Below are positions 1-14,594 of a stretch of DNA of 64,000 nt, piece by piece (position 1 is the stretch's first letter; each line of letters opens with the position of its first letter). The translations under genes and the position numbers were made by a program. The stretch is from Escherichia coli (GTDB taxonomy: Bacteria > Pseudomonadota > Gammaproteobacteria > Enterobacterales > Enterobacteriaceae). Under the pieces are notes generated by a model. The model saw nothing but the letters and a program-made list of their open reading frames with translations. It was not told the origin of the DNA and ran no database searches. The stretch lies in the NCBI RefSeq assembly GCF_030013205.1, contig NZ_CP122648.1. One strand, 5' to 3'.

Positions 1-109
1 AGAAGATCCGTTGGATATTGAATGATAGAAAAGGCACCGCAAGGTGCCTTTTTTCTGCGTTACCTGTTGGCCTACACAGTAAAGAAATTACGCGGAAGAT
101 GAAGCGTAA

Positions 110-3156
<3,047 letters not shown>

Positions 3157-3163
3157 TGTAAAT

Positions 3164-3194
3164 GCCGGATGAAGCGTTTATGCCGCATCCGGTA
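3164..3194. repeat. REP-like palindromic element (gccggatg...gcatccggta)
   Basis: Imperfect palindrome of REP type in glpK-glpX spacer. Confidence 0.45.
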
Positions 3195-3290
3195 GTCCTG
3201 AATCGTGCGGGGGCAACCCCGCACACATCAATAATCCCGCCCTTCCCCTGTGCTACACTTCGCGCCATTCCTTACTGCTTAGAGTTTGCT

Positions 3291-4301
3291 ATGAGACGAG
3301 AACTTGCCATCGAATTTTCCCGCGTCACCGAATCAGCGGCGCTGGCTGGCTACAAATGGTTAGGACGCGGCGATAAAAACACCGCGGACGGCGCGGCGGT
3401 AAACGCCATGCGTATTATGCTCAACCAGGTCAACATTGACGGCACCATCGTCATTGGTGAAGGTGAAATCGACGAAGCACCGATGCTCTACATTGGTGAA
3501 AAAGTCGGTACTGGTCGCGGCGACGCGGTAGATATTGCTGTTGATCCGATTGAAGGCACGCGCATGACGGCGATGGGCCAGGCTAACGCGCTGGCGGTGC
3601 TGGCAGTAGGCGATAAAGGCTGCTTCCTCAACGCGCCAGATATGTATATGGAGAAGCTGATCGTCGGACCGGGAGCCAAAGGCACCATTGATCTGAACCT
3701 GCCGCTGGCGGATAACCTGCGCAATGTAGCGGCGGCGCTCGGCAAACCGTTGAGCGAACTGACGGTAACGATTCTGGCTAAACCACGCCACGATGCCGTT
3801 ATCGCTGAAATGCAGCAACTCGGCGTACGCGTATTTGCTATTCCGGATGGCGACGTTGCGGCCTCAATTCTCACCTGTATGCCAGACAGCGAAGTTGACG
3901 TGCTGTACGGTATTGGTGGCGCGCCGGAAGGCGTGGTTTCTGCGGCGGTGATCCGCGCATTAGATGGTGACATGAACGGTCGTCTGCTGGCGCGTCATGA
4001 CGTCAAAGGCGACAACGAAGAGAATCGTCGCATTGGCGAGCAGGAGCTGGCACGCTGCAAAGCGATGGGCATCGAAGCCGGTAAAGTATTGCGTCTGGGC
4101 GATATGGCGCGCAGCGATAACGTCATCTTCTCTGCCACCGGTATTACCAAAGGCGATCTGCTGGAAGGCATTAGCCGCAAAGGCAATATCGCGACTACCG
4201 AAACGCTGCTGATCCGCGGCAAGTCACGCACTATTCGCCGCATTCAGTCCATCCACTATCTGGATCGCAAAGACCCGGAAATGCAGGTGCATATCCTCTG
4301 A
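3291..4301 (+). CDS. glpX: fructose-1,6-bisphosphatase class II
   Basis: Translation from MRRELAIEFSRVTESAALA matches GlpX; ORF track start 3162 is an upstream extension. Confidence 0.93.
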   Translation: MRRELAIEFSRVTESAALAGYKWLGRGDKNTADGAAVNAMRIMLNQVNIDGTIVIGEGEIDEAPMLYIGEKVGTGRGDAVDIAVDPIEGTRMTAMGQANALAVLAVGDKGCFLNAPDMYMEKLIVGPGAKGTIDLNLPLADNLRNVAAALGKPLSELTVTILAKPRHDAVIAEMQQLGVRVFAIPDGDVAASILTCMPDSEVDVLYGIGGAPEGVVSAAVIRALDGDMNGRLLARHDVKGDNEENRRIGEQELARCKAMGIEAGKVLRLGDMARSDNVIFSATGITKGDLLEGISRKGNIATTETLLIRGKSRTIRRIQSIHYLDRKDPEMQVHIL

Positions 4302-4323
4302 TTGATTTGATCGATTGAGCCTT

Positions 4324-4350
4324 CCAGTCCTTCGGGACTGGAATTTTTTT
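4324..4350 (+). terminator. rho-independent terminator after glpX
   Basis: Stem tccagtcc/ggactgga with ttcgg loop followed by a 7-T run. Confidence 0.55.
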
Positions 4351-4397
4351 GTTCGGAGAACGAAGATAAGGCAAGTCAATCAAAACAGGAGAAAAAC

Positions 4398-5144
4398 ATG
4401 GCTGATTGGGTAACAGGCAAAGTCACTAAAGTGCAGAACTGGACCGACGCCCTGTTTAGTCTCACCGTTCACGCCCCCGTGCTTCCGTTTACCGCCGGGC
4501 AATTCACCAAGCTTGGTCTTGAAATTGACGGCGAACGCGTCCAGCGCGCCTACTCCTATGTTAACTCGCCCGATAATCCCGATCTGGAGTTTTACCTGGT
4601 CACCGTCCCCGATGGCAAATTAAGCCCACGACTGGCGGCACTGAAACCGGGCGATGAAGTGCAGGTGGTTAGCGAAGCAGCTGGCTTCTTTGTGCTGGAT
4701 GAAGTACCAGATTGCGAAACGCTATGGATGCTGGCAACCGGTACAGCGATTGGCCCTTATTTATCGATTCTGCAACTGGGCAAAGATTTAGAGCGCTTCA
4801 AAAATCTGGTCCTGGTTCACGCCGCACGTTATGCCGCCGACTTAAGCTATTTGCCACTGATGCAAGAACTGGAAAAACGCTACGAAGGCAAACTGCGCAT
4901 TCAGACGGTGGTCAGTCGGGAAACGGCTGCAGGCTCACTCACCGGGAGAATACCGGCGTTAATTGAAAGTGGTGAACTGGAAAGCGCGGTTGGCCTGCCG
5001 ATGAATAAAGAAACCAGCCATGTGATGCTGTGCGGCAATCCACAGATGGTGCGCGATACGCAACAGTTACTGAAAGAGACCCGGCAGATGACGAAACATT
5101 TACGTCGCCGACCGGGCCATATGACAGCGGAGCATTACTGGTAA
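4398..5144 (+). CDS. fpr: ferredoxin/flavodoxin-NADP+ reductase
   Basis: 248-aa translation MADWVTGKVTKVQNWTDALFSL matches Fpr. Confidence 0.93.
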   Translation: MADWVTGKVTKVQNWTDALFSLTVHAPVLPFTAGQFTKLGLEIDGERVQRAYSYVNSPDNPDLEFYLVTVPDGKLSPRLAALKPGDEVQVVSEAAGFFVLDEVPDCETLWMLATGTAIGPYLSILQLGKDLERFKNLVLVHAARYAADLSYLPLMQELEKRYEGKLRIQTVVSRETAAGSLTGRIPALIESGELESAVGLPMNKETSHVMLCGNPQMVRDTQQLLKETRQMTKHLRRRPGHMTAEHYW

Positions 5145-5148
5145 GCGG

Positions 5149-5577
5149 TTACTTATCGATAAACGGCACGATGAGCAAATCCGCACTCAACTTATTGATC
5201 ATCCCGCGATATGCCGGCATCAAACGGTTGATAAATGAGTGGTGATGACCACAGACAAGGAGGTCGCACTGCTCTTTTTGCATAATTTCCAGCAGTGTTT
5301 CCGGCCTTTCTCCGCGTTCAATACGCAGTTTTGTCTTCGGCCATTGAATATTTTTCGTCAGTTTATACAGCTTGTTATCCGACTTATTCTTCAACAATTG
5401 AAGAATATCTTCTGTTGCAGGGAAGTAGATACCCGGATACAACTCGCTTAAGCCATCATCAATATGAATTAACGTCAGGTGAGCGTCATTATGTCTGGCG
5501 AGCTCCAGGGCTTTATTCACCAGTAAGGCATCTTCTTCATTCCCGGAAATTGCCACGCCAATGTGTTTATAAGCCAT
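5149..5577 (-). CDS. uspD: universal stress protein D
   Basis: 142-aa Usp-family translation; position after fpr as in E. coli. Confidence 0.88.
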   Translation of the reverse strand: MAYKHIGVAISGNEEDALLVNKALELARHNDAHLTLIHIDDGLSELYPGIYFPATEDILQLLKNKSDNKLYKLTKNIQWPKTKLRIERGERPETLLEIMQKEQCDLLVCGHHHSFINRLMPAYRGMINKLSADLLIVPFIDK

Positions 5578-5603
5578 GTTTAACTCCTTCTAAAGCAACT
5601 CCA

Positions 5604-5903
5604 TCAAGCTAACGAACGCAGTGATAACTCAAAAATAATCATCTCGGCCTGGCATGAGAAGGTGAAGGCCGCATCAAGCTCAACTTGCCCCTCCAGATCC
5701 TTAATCTTATAGGCCACGCTGGCCCCTTCATCTGCAGAGGATGCAGCGGCGGCAAGCTCTTTCAGTTTGGTCATAAAGGACTCTGCTTCTTCGCGGGTGG
5801 CAAAAAAGCGCGAAAACTTACTGGTACAGTTGTCGTTATCAATCACCGTACCGATATCAATCGCACATCCTTTAGTACTGCATTTATCTACGACATCTTT
5901 CAT
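5604..5903 (-). CDS. yiiS: DUF406-family protein YiiS
   Basis: 99-aa translation; conserved position between uspD and yiiR. Confidence 0.8.
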   Translation of the reverse strand: MKDVVDKCSTKGCAIDIGTVIDNDNCTSKFSRFFATREEAESFMTKLKELAAAASSADEGASVAYKIKDLEGQVELDAAFTFSCQAEMIIFELSLRSLA

Positions 5904-6114
5904 AGGGCACCTCTGTATATTCGCCTCTCTGTCGATTACGACTTAAGAATAATGCGCCGTTAAGGGAAGAACAAACAAGTAATGATCTTATGGATTACCA
6001 TTTTTTTTGATATTGCTTAAGGTGAAGAGTTCAGAAGGATTTTCCGGGCATTGTCATTTGCATCGAGGAAATAACAATCCCGGAAAAAAATAGCAGTAAG
6101 AGATATATTAAAGG

Positions 6115-6555
6115 TTAATTACTTGATTTATTGTCGGCTTTATACTTCACATCCTGAGTATCTTTACCATATTTATTTTCGCCTTGTGTGCCAACAAACG
6201 CACCAAGATCGATAAGCATCATCACCAGAATCAACGTCGGGACAAAACGCCCCACCGCCCATTGCCAGACACCCGGTAAAATCGCCCAGTTACCCGCCAG
6301 CAGCATCCACGCCACAATCATCAGAAATGCCCATGCGCCGGAACGCCCGCGATCATGCAAGCGCTTAACGGTTACTGCCGCTGTTGGCCAAAGCAAGCAC
6401 ACAAGGCAAAACGCCGCGGTCTGAATATCGAGTAAATTTTTACCCGCCAGTGAGAAAAGCACCAGCATGCCTGCGAACCACAGGCCTATCCAAATCCAGA
6501 AATCACGGCGTCCAATACGCCCTTTGAATGAGAATAACCATTGCTGTATGGTCAT
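6115..6555 (-). CDS. yiiR: inner-membrane protein YiiR (DUF805)
   Basis: 146-aa hydrophobic translation with multiple predicted TM helices. Confidence 0.78.
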   Translation of the reverse strand: MTIQQWLFSFKGRIGRRDFWIWIGLWFAGMLVLFSLAGKNLLDIQTAAFCLVCLLWPTAAVTVKRLHDRGRSGAWAFLMIVAWMLLAGNWAILPGVWQWAVGRFVPTLILVMMLIDLGAFVGTQGENKYGKDTQDVKYKADNKSSN

Positions 6556-6655
6556 GTAAGTTCCTTGATGGTTGTCTTTTCCAGGATTCTACCCTTTTGA
6601 CAAGGGCGACAGATATCGTTTTAATCGGAGCCAGTCATAACAAAAGGTACTGTCA

Positions 6656-7255
6656 ATGAAGCCAGGGTGTACGCTGTTTTTTCTCTTATGTTCTGCATTA
6701 ACCGTTACAACAACGGCGCATGCACAAACACCAGATACGGCAACGACCGCGCCTTATTTGCTGGCTGGAGCCCCTACTTTCGATCTCTCCATCAGCCAGT
6801 TTCGAGAAGACTTTAACAGCCAGAATCCCAGCCTGCCACTGAACGAATTTCGTGCCATCGACAGCAGTCCCGACAAAGCCAATCTCACTCGTGCTGCCAG
6901 TAAAATTAACGAGAACTTGTATGCTTCTACAGCGCTGGAGCGCGGTACCTTAAAAATCAAAAGCATTCAAATGACCTGGCTACCCATCCAGGGGCCAGAG
7001 CAAAAAGCCGCGAAAGCGAAAGCTCAGGAATACATGGCAGCGGTGATCCGCACACTCACCCCATTAATGACCAAAACACAAAGCCAGAAAAAACTGCAGT
7101 CGCTACTAACGGCCGGGAAAAACAAACGTTATTACACCGAGACAGAAGGTGCACTGCGTTATGTTGTCGCGGACAACGGCGAAAAGGGGCTGACCTTCGC
7201 TGTTGAACCGATTAAGCTGGCGCTATCTGAATCGCTTGAAGGTTTGAATAAATGA
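6656..7255 (+). CDS. yiiQ: periplasmic protein YiiQ (DUF1454), signal peptide
   Basis: 199-aa translation with N-terminal signal peptide ending in AHA-Q. Confidence 0.78.
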   Translation: MKPGCTLFFLLCSALTVTTTAHAQTPDTATTAPYLLAGAPTFDLSISQFREDFNSQNPSLPLNEFRAIDSSPDKANLTRAASKINENLYASTALERGTLKIKSIQMTWLPIQGPEQKAAKAKAQEYMAAVIRTLTPLMTKTQSQKKLQSLLTAGKNKRYYTETEGALRYVVADNGEKGLTFAVEPIKLALSESLEGLNK

Positions 7256-7362
7256 CAAAAAGCAAAGCCTTTGTGCCGATGAATCTCTATACTGTTTCAC
7301 AGACCTGCTGCCCTGCGGGGCGGCCATCTTCCTTTATTCGCTTATAAGCGTGGAGAATTAAA

Positions 7363-8130
7363 ATGCGACATCCTTTAGTGATGGGTAACTGGAAACTGAA
7401 CGGCAGCCGCCACATGGTTCACGAGCTGGTTTCTAACCTGCGTAAAGAGCTGGCAGGTGTTGCTGGCTGTGCGGTTGCAATCGCACCACCGGAAATGTAC
7501 ATCGATATGGCGAAGCGTGAAGCTGAAGGCAGCCACATCATGCTGGGTGCGCAAAACGTGGACCTGAACCTGTCCGGCGCATTCACCGGTGAAACCTCTG
7601 CTGCTATGCTGAAAGACATCGGCGCACAGTACATCATCATCGGCCACTCTGAACGTCGTACTTACCACAAAGAGTCTGACGAACTGATCGCGAAAAAATT
7701 CGCGGTGCTGAAAGAGCAGGGTCTGACTCCGGTTCTGTGCATCGGTGAAACCGAAGCTGAAAACGAAGCGGGCAAAACTGAAGAAGTTTGTGCACGTCAG
7801 ATCGACGCGGTACTGAAAACTCAGGGTGCTGCGGCATTCGAAGGTGCGGTTATCGCTTACGAACCCGTATGGGCAATCGGTACTGGCAAATCTGCAACTC
7901 CGGCTCAGGCACAGGCTGTTCACAAATTCATCCGTGACCACATCGCTAAAGTTGACGCTAACATCGCTGAACAAGTGATCATTCAGTACGGCGGCTCTGT
8001 AAACGCGTCTAACGCTGCAGAACTGTTTGCTCAACCAGACATCGACGGCGCGCTGGTTGGCGGTGCTTCTCTGAAAGCTGACGCTTTCGCAGTGATCGTT
8101 AAAGCTGCAGAAGCGGCTAAACAGGCTTAA
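7363..8130 (+). CDS. tpiA: triose-phosphate isomerase
   Basis: 255-aa translation [15 protein letters not shown] with IGHSERR and [15 protein letters not shown] motifs. Confidence 0.96.
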
Positions 8131-8140
8131 GTCTGACAGG

Positions 8141-8161
8141 TGCCGGATTTCATATCCGGCA
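8141..8161. terminator. bidirectional hairpin terminator between tpiA and cdh
   Basis: tgccggat / atccggca inverted repeat between convergent genes. Confidence 0.45.
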
Positions 8162-8184
8162 CTTACTTTCCTTAACTCCTCGCC

Positions 8185-8940
8185 TTAACGCAAAATCTCA
8201 CACTGATGATCCTGGATTTCCTCGGCTGAAGCACGGTTAAGCGTCAGTAGATTTCGTTGTGTCGCCAGCAATACAAATGAGTTATCACTCTGCCGCACCA
8301 TCGCCAGCCCGTAGCTTCCCATATGTTCCCGCGCCTCAGGCACTTCTTCTGCAAGCATCATAAATGGGCTGCGTTGTACCAGTTCGCTTTCCGTTACCCG
8401 ACGCGCCAGGTATTCATGCCCGCGCAAACCACCTGGCAGTGGCAACCAGCGGCTGCTGATGTTCGCCAGATTGTTATCCAGCTGTTCGCGCACATCAGGA
8501 CGAATACAAGAGATATGAATATGAAAATGGTTTTGCGTACGCCCGGTGCGAGAGTTGATCGCCAAAGAAACCGCGCGATCGGGAACCGGCTGGCCGTATT
8601 TTTTGCTCATAAAATCACGCGCCTGCCAGGCCAACCAAAAGAAGTTCGGCGTTGAAGGATCGGTCAACAAAGGACTTTCAGTTCCGTTAATACGATACGT
8701 TGGCATCAACAGATATTGCAGTGGGCCATTAAGATCTTTTAAAACCACGTATCCGGCATTGGGTTTGACTTCCGCACATGGCGAAGGATTTTGATTTTGC
8801 TGCTGATTGGGCAAACATTCCTCAAGGACAATCTTACGTAATGTATCCGACTCTTCACCGGTTAATTTCCAGTAACCAATACCGGCAGCCACAACGGCGA
8901 TAACTATCATCACCAAAAAAAGAAGACCCGCTTTTTTCAT
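8185..8940 (-). CDS. cdh: CDP-diacylglycerol pyrophosphatase
   Basis: Translation from [17 protein letters not shown] matches Cdh; ORF track start 9132 is an upstream extension. Confidence 0.9.
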   Translation of the reverse strand: MKKAGLLFLVMIVIAVVAAGIGYWKLTGEESDTLRKIVLEECLPNQQQNQNPSPCAEVKPNAGYVVLKDLNGPLQYLLMPTYRINGTESPLLTDPSTPNFFWLAWQARDFMSKKYGQPVPDRAVSLAINSRTGRTQNHFHIHISCIRPDVREQLDNNLANISSRWLPLPGGLRGHEYLARRVTESELVQRSPFMMLAEEVPEAREHMGSYGLAMVRQSDNSFVLLATQRNLLTLNRASAEEIQDHQCEILR

Positions 8941-9046
8941 CTTTTTTTCCCTGTACCTCAAAGAGATGCAAGGGTAACGCAAAATCGTGACAAATAAAAA
9001 ACCCGGTCGCGAGAAACCACCGGGTTTGATAATTATCCTGGAGAAA

Positions 9047-10036
9047 TCAGCGTTTGCTGATCTGATCGAACGTACCGCCGTTAGCAAAATGCTCTTTTTG
9101 CGCTTTCGTCCAGCCGCCGAACTCTTCATCAATGGTGAATAACTTCAGCTTTGGAAACGCATTTTCGTACTTTTTCGCCACCTCAGCATCGCGCGGACGG
9201 TAGTAGTTTTTCGCGGCAATTTCCTGACCTTCTGGCGAGTAGAGATATTTCAGGTAGGCTTCCGCCACCTCTTTGGTGCCTTTTTTCTCGACCACTTTAT
9301 CGACCACCGACACGGTTGGCTCTGCGAGGATAGACTCACTCGGCGTAACGATTTCGAATTTATCTTTCCCCAGCTCATTCGCTGCCAGCAGAGCTTCGTT
9401 TTCCCAGGCGATCAGTACATCGCCAATCCCGCGCTCGACAAAGGTATTAGTGGAGCCGCGCGCGCCAGAATCCAGAACTTCGACGTTTTTATAAAGTGCC
9501 CGAACAAAATCCTGCGCTTTTGCCTGATCGTTGTTGTTGTGGTGCAGCGCGTAGCCCCAGGCAGCCAGGTAGTTCCAGCGCGCGCCACCAGAGCTTTTCG
9601 GATTAGGCGTGATCACCGAAACACCCAGTTTAATCAGATCGTTCCAGTCATGGATCTGCTTCGGATTGCCCTTACGCACCAGGAAAACAATGGTGGAAGT
9701 GTACGGTGCGGAGTTATCCGGCAGACGTTTGATCCACTCTTTATCAATCCGCCCGCGTTCCGCAATCGCGTCCACGTCATAGGCCAGAGCCAGCGTGACA
9801 ATATCAGCTTCAATACCGTTGATTACCGACGTCGCTTGTTTACCTGAACCACCGTGTGACTGACGAATCACCACGTTATCGCCAGTTTGCTGTTTCCAGT
9901 GGGCGCTGAATGCCTTGTTGTACTGTTCGTACAATTCGCGCGTTGGATCATATGAAACGTTAAGAAGCTGAATATCCTTTGCCATAACGCTGGTTGCCGC
10001 CAGCAAAAATGTTAACCCTACGCCCCACTTGTTCAT
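9047..10036 (-). CDS. sbp: periplasmic sulfate-binding protein
   Basis: 329-aa translation with signal peptide; matches Sbp. Confidence 0.93.
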   Translation of the reverse strand: MNKWGVGLTFLLAATSVMAKDIQLLNVSYDPTRELYEQYNKAFSAHWKQQTGDNVVIRQSHGGSGKQATSVINGIEADIVTLALAYDVDAIAERGRIDKEWIKRLPDNSAPYTSTIVFLVRKGNPKQIHDWNDLIKLGVSVITPNPKSSGGARWNYLAAWGYALHHNNNDQAKAQDFVRALYKNVEVLDSGARGSTNTFVERGIGDVLIAWENEALLAANELGKDKFEIVTPSESILAEPTVSVVDKVVEKKGTKEVAEAYLKYLYSPEGQEIAAKNYYRPRDAEVAKKYENAFPKLKLFTIDEEFGGWTKAQKEHFANGGTFDQISKR

Positions 10037-10147
10037 CGCCCGACTCTCTTATGTTGTGTTGTGATGAGCAAAGCGTGCCAGAAGGTTAACCAAACATTAA
10101 AGAATAAAAAAAGATTGGCTATAACTTGCGGGTATATGTTGAGGGAT

Positions 10148-10170
10148 TAAAAAGGCGGAAGAAATCCGCC
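10148..10170 (-). terminator. rho-independent terminator after pfkA
   Basis: ggcgga/tccgcc hairpin with T-run on the minus strand. Confidence 0.45.
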
Positions 10171-10194
10171 TCATATTGCTGACAAAGTGCGCTT

Positions 10195-10300
10195 TATCGA
10201 TGCCGGATGCGGCGCGAACGCCTTATCCGGCCTACAAAAGTTTGCAAATTCAATAAATTGCAGAATTCACGTAGGCCTGATAAGCGAAGCGCATCAGGCA
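10195..10300. repeat. REP element cluster (BIME-like) between pfkA and sbp
   Basis: Two REP-type palindromes (gatgccggatgcggcg...ccttatccggcctac; gtaggcctgataagcgaagcgcatcaggca). Confidence 0.55.
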
Positions 10301-10355
10301 TTTTTGCTTCTGTCATCGGTTTCAGGCTAAAGGAATCTGCCTTTTTCCGAAATCA

Positions 10356-11318
10356 TTAATACAGTTTTTTCGCGCAGTCCAGCCAGTCGCCTTTGAACGG
10401 ACGCTTCATGTTTTCGATAGCGTCGATGATGTCGTGGTGAACCAGCTGTTCGTTCTGGATACCTACGCAACGACCGCCGTAACCTGCCAGCAGCAGATCG
10501 ATAGCGTAAGCGCCCATACGGGAAGCCAGAATACGGTCGTAAGGCACCGGAGAACCACCGCGCTGGATGTGGCCCAGCACAGTTGCGCGGGTTTCACGAC
10601 CGGTTTCTTTCTCGATGAAATGCGCCAGTTCGTCAACATCACACATATGTTCGGTAATCGCCACGATCGCGTGTTTTTTACCTTTCGCGATACCCGCTTT
10701 GATTTCGTTTACCAGGTCTTCACGGCTGAATTCAACTTCCGGAACTACAACGAATTCACAGCCACCGGCAATGGCCGCAGCCAAGGTCAGATCGCCACAA
10801 TAACGGCCCATCACTTCCACCACGGAAATACGCTGGTGAGAAGAAGAGGTGTCACGCAGACGGTCGATCGCTTCTACAACGGTGCTCAGCGCAGTGAAGA
10901 AACCGATAGTGTAGTCAGTGCCTTTGATGTCGTTGTCGATAGTGCCCGGCAGACCGATGCACGGGAAGCCCATTTCGGTCAGACGCATTGCACCCATGTA
11001 GGAACCGTCACCGCCGATAACCACCAGCGCGTCGATACCACGTTTTTTCAGGTTTTCGATAGCCACGGCGCGGATGTTCTCGTCGCGGAATTCCGGGAAA
11101 CGCGCAGAACCGAGGAACGTACCACCACGGTTGATCATGTCAGAAACGCTGTAACGGTCTAGCTGTACCATACGGTCTTCATACAGACCCAGATAGCCGT
11201 CATAAATGCCCATTACTTCCAGACCTTCTGTCAGCGCAGAACGAACAACCCCGCGAATTGCGGCGTTCATGCCTGGCGCATCACCGCCGCTTGTCAACAC
11301 ACCGATTTTCTTAATCAT
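10356..11318 (-). CDS. pfkA: 6-phosphofructokinase I
   Basis: Translation from [23 protein letters not shown] matches PfkA; ORF track start is a TTG extension. Confidence 0.96.
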
Positions 11319-11498
11319 GACTACCTCTGAACTTTGGAATGCAAAATGAAATCTGTTGCCGGAAGTCTTCTTGCACATCGAAGTGATCCAACGAATGTGC
11401 AAATAGTATAACAATCACTTCCTGCTGAATTGATTCAGGTCAGGCCAAATGGCGGTATTTTATACACAAAATGCGGGTCTGGCTCTCTTTTATACTGA

Positions 11499-12401
11499 TT
11501 ATGAAAGCATAGACCGTTTACCCTCCCTGGGTACGACGGAACAGGGGTCCTGATGGATAATCACATCCGATCCCGGAAAACGCCGTAAAATAGCCTGCTC
11601 TACCTGATCCGCCACCATATGTGCCTGAACCAAAGGCAGAGAGTCTTCCATTTCCAAATGAATCTGAATAAAGCGGGTCGGCCCTGACTGCCGCGTGCGA
11701 AGATCGTGAGCGCCGCTAACACCCGGCCAGGAAGTCACGATATCAATAATTTCTTGCCGTTCTTCATCAGGCAATGCGCGATCCAGTAATGACTGTACCG
11801 CCTCATATCCCATGCGTAACGCGCTATATAAAATATAGATGCCGATTCCCAATGCAAACAGAGCATCGGCGCGATGCCAGCCATACCAGGACAACCCCAG
11901 CGCCAGCAGAATTGCGCCGTTCATCATAACATCAGACTGGTAATGTAGCATATCAGCCCGCACCGCCTGGCTTTGCGTCCGGCGCACCACCCACCGCTGA
12001 AACGAGACAAGGATAATCGTACAAATTAGCGCCACAATTGTCACGATAACCCCGACGCCTGGATCTGTCATCGGTGTTGGAGATACCAGATGTTGAATAC
12101 CCGTCAAAAACAGGAATAGTGCCGAACCGGAGATAAACATACTTTGCGCCAGCGCCGCGAGGGACTCAGCTTTACCGTGACCAAACGAGTGATTATCGTC
12201 GGCAGGTTGCAGGGAATATCGCACCACCAGTAAATTCGTCAACGACGCGCCGATATCCACCAGCGAATCCACCAGCGCGGCGAGAATACTCACCGACCCG
12301 GTATACCACCATGCAAAAATTTTAATCAGCAATAGCAGTGAAGCCATCGCCGTTGCAGCAATCGCCGCCCGACTGACCAGCCGTCCATAAGATTGATTCA
12401 T
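11499..12401 (-). CDS. fieF: cation diffusion facilitator (Fe/Zn efflux) FieF/YiiP
   Basis: Translation from [21 protein letters not shown] matches FieF. Confidence 0.92.
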   Translation of the reverse strand: MNQSYGRLVSRAAIAATAMASLLLLIKIFAWWYTGSVSILAALVDSLVDIGASLTNLLVVRYSLQPADDNHSFGHGKAESLAALAQSMFISGSALFLFLTGIQHLVSPTPMTDPGVGVIVTIVALICTIILVSFQRWVVRRTQSQAVRADMLHYQSDVMMNGAILLALGLSWYGWHRADALFALGIGIYILYSALRMGYEAVQSLLDRALPDEERQEIIDIVTSWPGVSGAHDLRTRQSGPTRFIQIHLEMEDSLPLVQAHMVADQVEQAILRRFPGSDVIIHQDPCSVVPREGKRSMLS

Positions 12402-12479
12402 AAATACTCCCGCTATCAACTGACGCTAGTATAACGGAAGCAAATCATCTGCAATGCATTAAGCAGCAGGCAAATTGAG

Positions 12480-12526
12480 GATAAAAAAAACCCCCACATC
12501 ATGTGGGGGAAGACAGGGATGGTGTC
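12480..12526. repeat. attL: 47-bp direct repeat (copy 1), contains the hairpin cccccacat/atgtggggg
   Basis: Exact 47/47 identity with 30846-30892. Confidence 0.85.
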
Positions 12527-12574
12527 ACAAAAAAGCACCTAACCTGATGATATAAATGGATTTATATCAAGCAC

Positions 12575-12593
12575 TGTCCACATAGCGTCCACA
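12575..12593. promoter_or_regulatory. tandem TGTCCACA-type repeats (putative integrase arm-type sites) in the ogr-side arm
   Basis: tgtccacatagcgtccaca; a near-identical pair sits just after int at 30745-30763. Confidence 0.35.
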
Positions 12594-12608
12594 TCGACCA
12601 TAAATAAA

Positions 12609-12634
12609 GCCCCTCAACTGAGGGGCTATTTTTG
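12609..12634. terminator. hairpin gcccctc-aact-gaggggc with flanking T/A runs, downstream of ogr
   Basis: Perfect 7-bp stem with T-run; bidirectional in appearance. Confidence 0.45.
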
Positions 12635-12637
12635 TGA

Positions 12638-12856
12638 TCACATCCACATAATTTGCTGCCCTGACGGCAACGGGTGCGGCCTCACGGCGTGGACTTCTCC
12701 CGGCTTCACGATGTATCGCTGTACCGACTCATAAGTGATGAACGTGGCGCTGCAATTCACGTTCTGACACTGGTGATAACGCTCTTTTGTCGTGTCAGTG
12801 ATATAGCGACTTGTACGCGCATGTGCGGCATGCTGGCATAAAGGACAATGAAACAT
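12638..12856 (-). CDS. ogr: P2 Ogr-type late-gene transcription activator (zinc finger)
   Basis: Translation from MFHCPLCQHAAHARTSRYITDTTKERYHQCQNVNCSATF matches the Ogr/Delta family; Cys4 motif. Confidence 0.85.
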   Translation of the reverse strand: MFHCPLCQHAAHARTSRYITDTTKERYHQCQNVNCSATFITYESVQRYIVKPGEVHAVRPHPLPSGQQIMWM

Positions 12857-12937
12857 CGCGAGCACCTCTTCCGGTTTTGTTGATGGTGCCATTTTAGTTA
12901 ATTTACCCTTATAAAACAAACAGATAAAAACAAAACA

Positions 12938-14101
12938 TCACTCATCATCTTCTGTTTCGTTCTCCACATCAGAAAGCCTGACCTCAAGCTCTAAGGACGT
13001 CGTGAAGCCGCTATTATTCAGAAAATGTGTCACCTTAGTGATTGTCCAGTCCTGCTCGTCTATGACGCGCTTAAAGCCTGATACTTTGACCGGCGTTTCC
13101 GTGTAAATATCTGCCCGACCGGTAGCCAGACTGATGGAAAACTCCGCAACGCCCCGTTGCAGCTTATCCCACTTCGCCTGAGCGGCGCGCATGGCCTGCG
13201 CTTTCGTGGCATATACCGTGGTCAGGGCAAAAACGTTGTCAGCTTCACCGGCCATGTATTCACCTTCGCGCGCTTCCGGTACTTTTGGCGCTTTCTTCTG
13301 CGTGACTGGTTTCGCTTTCGGGTGCTCCAGTGCGCGCAGGTGTTTTTCTTTCTTTTTGCGTTTCAGTTTTACCTTCTGCTTTTGCGGCTTCGGGTCTTTG
13401 GTGTGAAGCCACTTTGCCGTTACGCCGGTATAGGCTCCACGGTCAGCAATCGCAAAATGGTGGCGGTCGCCGTCGCTGCGGGTTATGGTGACCTGCGGGA
13501 TTTTTTTACCGCTGGCCGTCACCCCCTGCCCCGCTTTGAGAAACAACAGTTTTCCCATTTTTACCGAGACCTCACCGCCGTTGCGTTCTGCAAGACGGGT
13601 CAGGAATTTCGCATCAGACTCCTGCGACTGGTCGATGTGCGGAATTTTAATTCCGGCCAGTGACGGAGCGACACTGGCTTCCAGCCTGTTACGGGAGGCT
13701 ATCGCCTCAACAATCGCACCGAGCGTGGTGTCATGCCATGAGCCTTCCCGGCGGGAATTGAGCGTCCCGCGAAAATCTGCACTCCGGGCGCGGATGGTGA
13801 CCACATCCGGTGCGCCCCGGTGTTCAACCTCATCAACGGTAAATTTCCCTTTGCATACCAGGGCAAAACCTTTCCAGCCGATATACACCGTCAGGACAGC
13901 GCCACGAACCGGCAGCCCGACCTGCCCGTCGGCATCGTTCAGTTCAATATCAAGCTGGTCAGCCTCAAAGCCCCGGTTATCCGTCAGGGTCATGCTCATC
14001 AGACGGTCGCTGATATTGCCGGTAATATCCCTGCTGTCGAGCATCAGCATGTAATCCGGCGTCAGCGTACTGCCTGCATCAAATGTCAGCGTATCCAGCA
14101 T
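12938..14101 (-). CDS. P2 gpD-like tail protein
   Basis: 387-aa translation; size and position between ogr and U as in P2. Confidence 0.82.
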   Translation of the reverse strand: MLDTLTFDAGSTLTPDYMLMLDSRDITGNISDRLMSMTLTDNRGFEADQLDIELNDADGQVGLPVRGAVLTVYIGWKGFALVCKGKFTVDEVEHRGAPDVVTIRARSADFRGTLNSRREGSWHDTTLGAIVEAIASRNRLEASVAPSLAGIKIPHIDQSQESDAKFLTRLAERNGGEVSVKMGKLLFLKAGQGVTASGKKIPQVTITRSDGDRHHFAIADRGAYTGVTAKWLHTKDPKPQKQKVKLKRKKKEKHLRALEHPKAKPVTQKKAPKVPEAREGEYMAGEADNVFALTTVYATKAQAMRAAQAKWDKLQRGVAEFSISLATGRADIYTETPVKVSGFKRVIDEQDWTITKVTHFLNNSGFTTSLELEVRLSDVENETEDDE

Positions 14102-14580
14102 TATCCCGCCCCCGTCATACCCGTGAATCTGGTCGCCATATTGCCGGCCTTACCGATGAGCGACTCCGCCTGTTTACCGATATCGCCATAAAGCGCGGCC
14201 AGTGATTCATCAACGCGGGTGAGCGACAGCGTAAAATCAATTTTTCGGGGTGTGCCATCTGCAAAGAAAATACTCCCTGTTTCACTCACCTTGCTGATGA
14301 CATACATGCCGTAAATCATTCCGGTGCCATCCAGCAACGGCCACGCCCGGCCTTCCTCTGCCATCAGTCTGAGCGTGGTCATCGTCAGCTTGCCGCCGGT
14401 CAGTTCGGGATAAAGCACACCGGCAAGCGTCATGTTTTCCTCGCCAACACCGAGAAACTGGTAGGCATCCCGTTTACCGATACGGGAATTTGACGGCCAG
14501 CGATAATCAGATTCACGCTGCATGGTCTGGTGTGGCAGCGTCTGGCGCATAAAAACAAACATACCTAACGCGAGCATCAT
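14101..14580 (-). CDS. P2 gpU-like tail protein
   Basis: 159-aa translation; position between D and T as in P2. Confidence 0.78.
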   Translation of the reverse strand: MMLALGMFVFMRQTLPHQTMQRESDYRWPSNSRIGKRDAYQFLGVGEENMTLAGVLYPELTGGKLTMTTLRLMAEEGRAWPLLDGTGMIYGMYVISKVSETGSIFFADGTPRKIDFTLSLTRVDESLAALYGDIGKQAESLIGKAGNMATRFTGMTGAG

Positions 14581-14594
14581 TTTTCGTCACCTCC

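Noticed and set aside
7375-8034. 219-aa ORF antisense to tpiA
   Set aside because: Lies entirely inside the well-supported tpiA frame on the opposite strand; typical GC-rich antisense artefact.
10434-11162. 242-aa ORF antisense to pfkA
   Set aside because: Embedded in pfkA on the opposite strand; no independent support.
12491-12509. Palindrome cccccacat/atgtggggg as a possible transposon inverted repeat or CRISPR-like repeat
   Set aside because: It occurs only twice, inside the 47-bp att duplication, and reads as the cpxP terminator hairpin; no array of repeats and spacers exists.
13485-14054. 189-aa ORF on the plus strand inside gpD
   Set aside because: Antisense to a phage gene with clear homology-based support; Ser/Ala/Arg-rich low-complexity translation.
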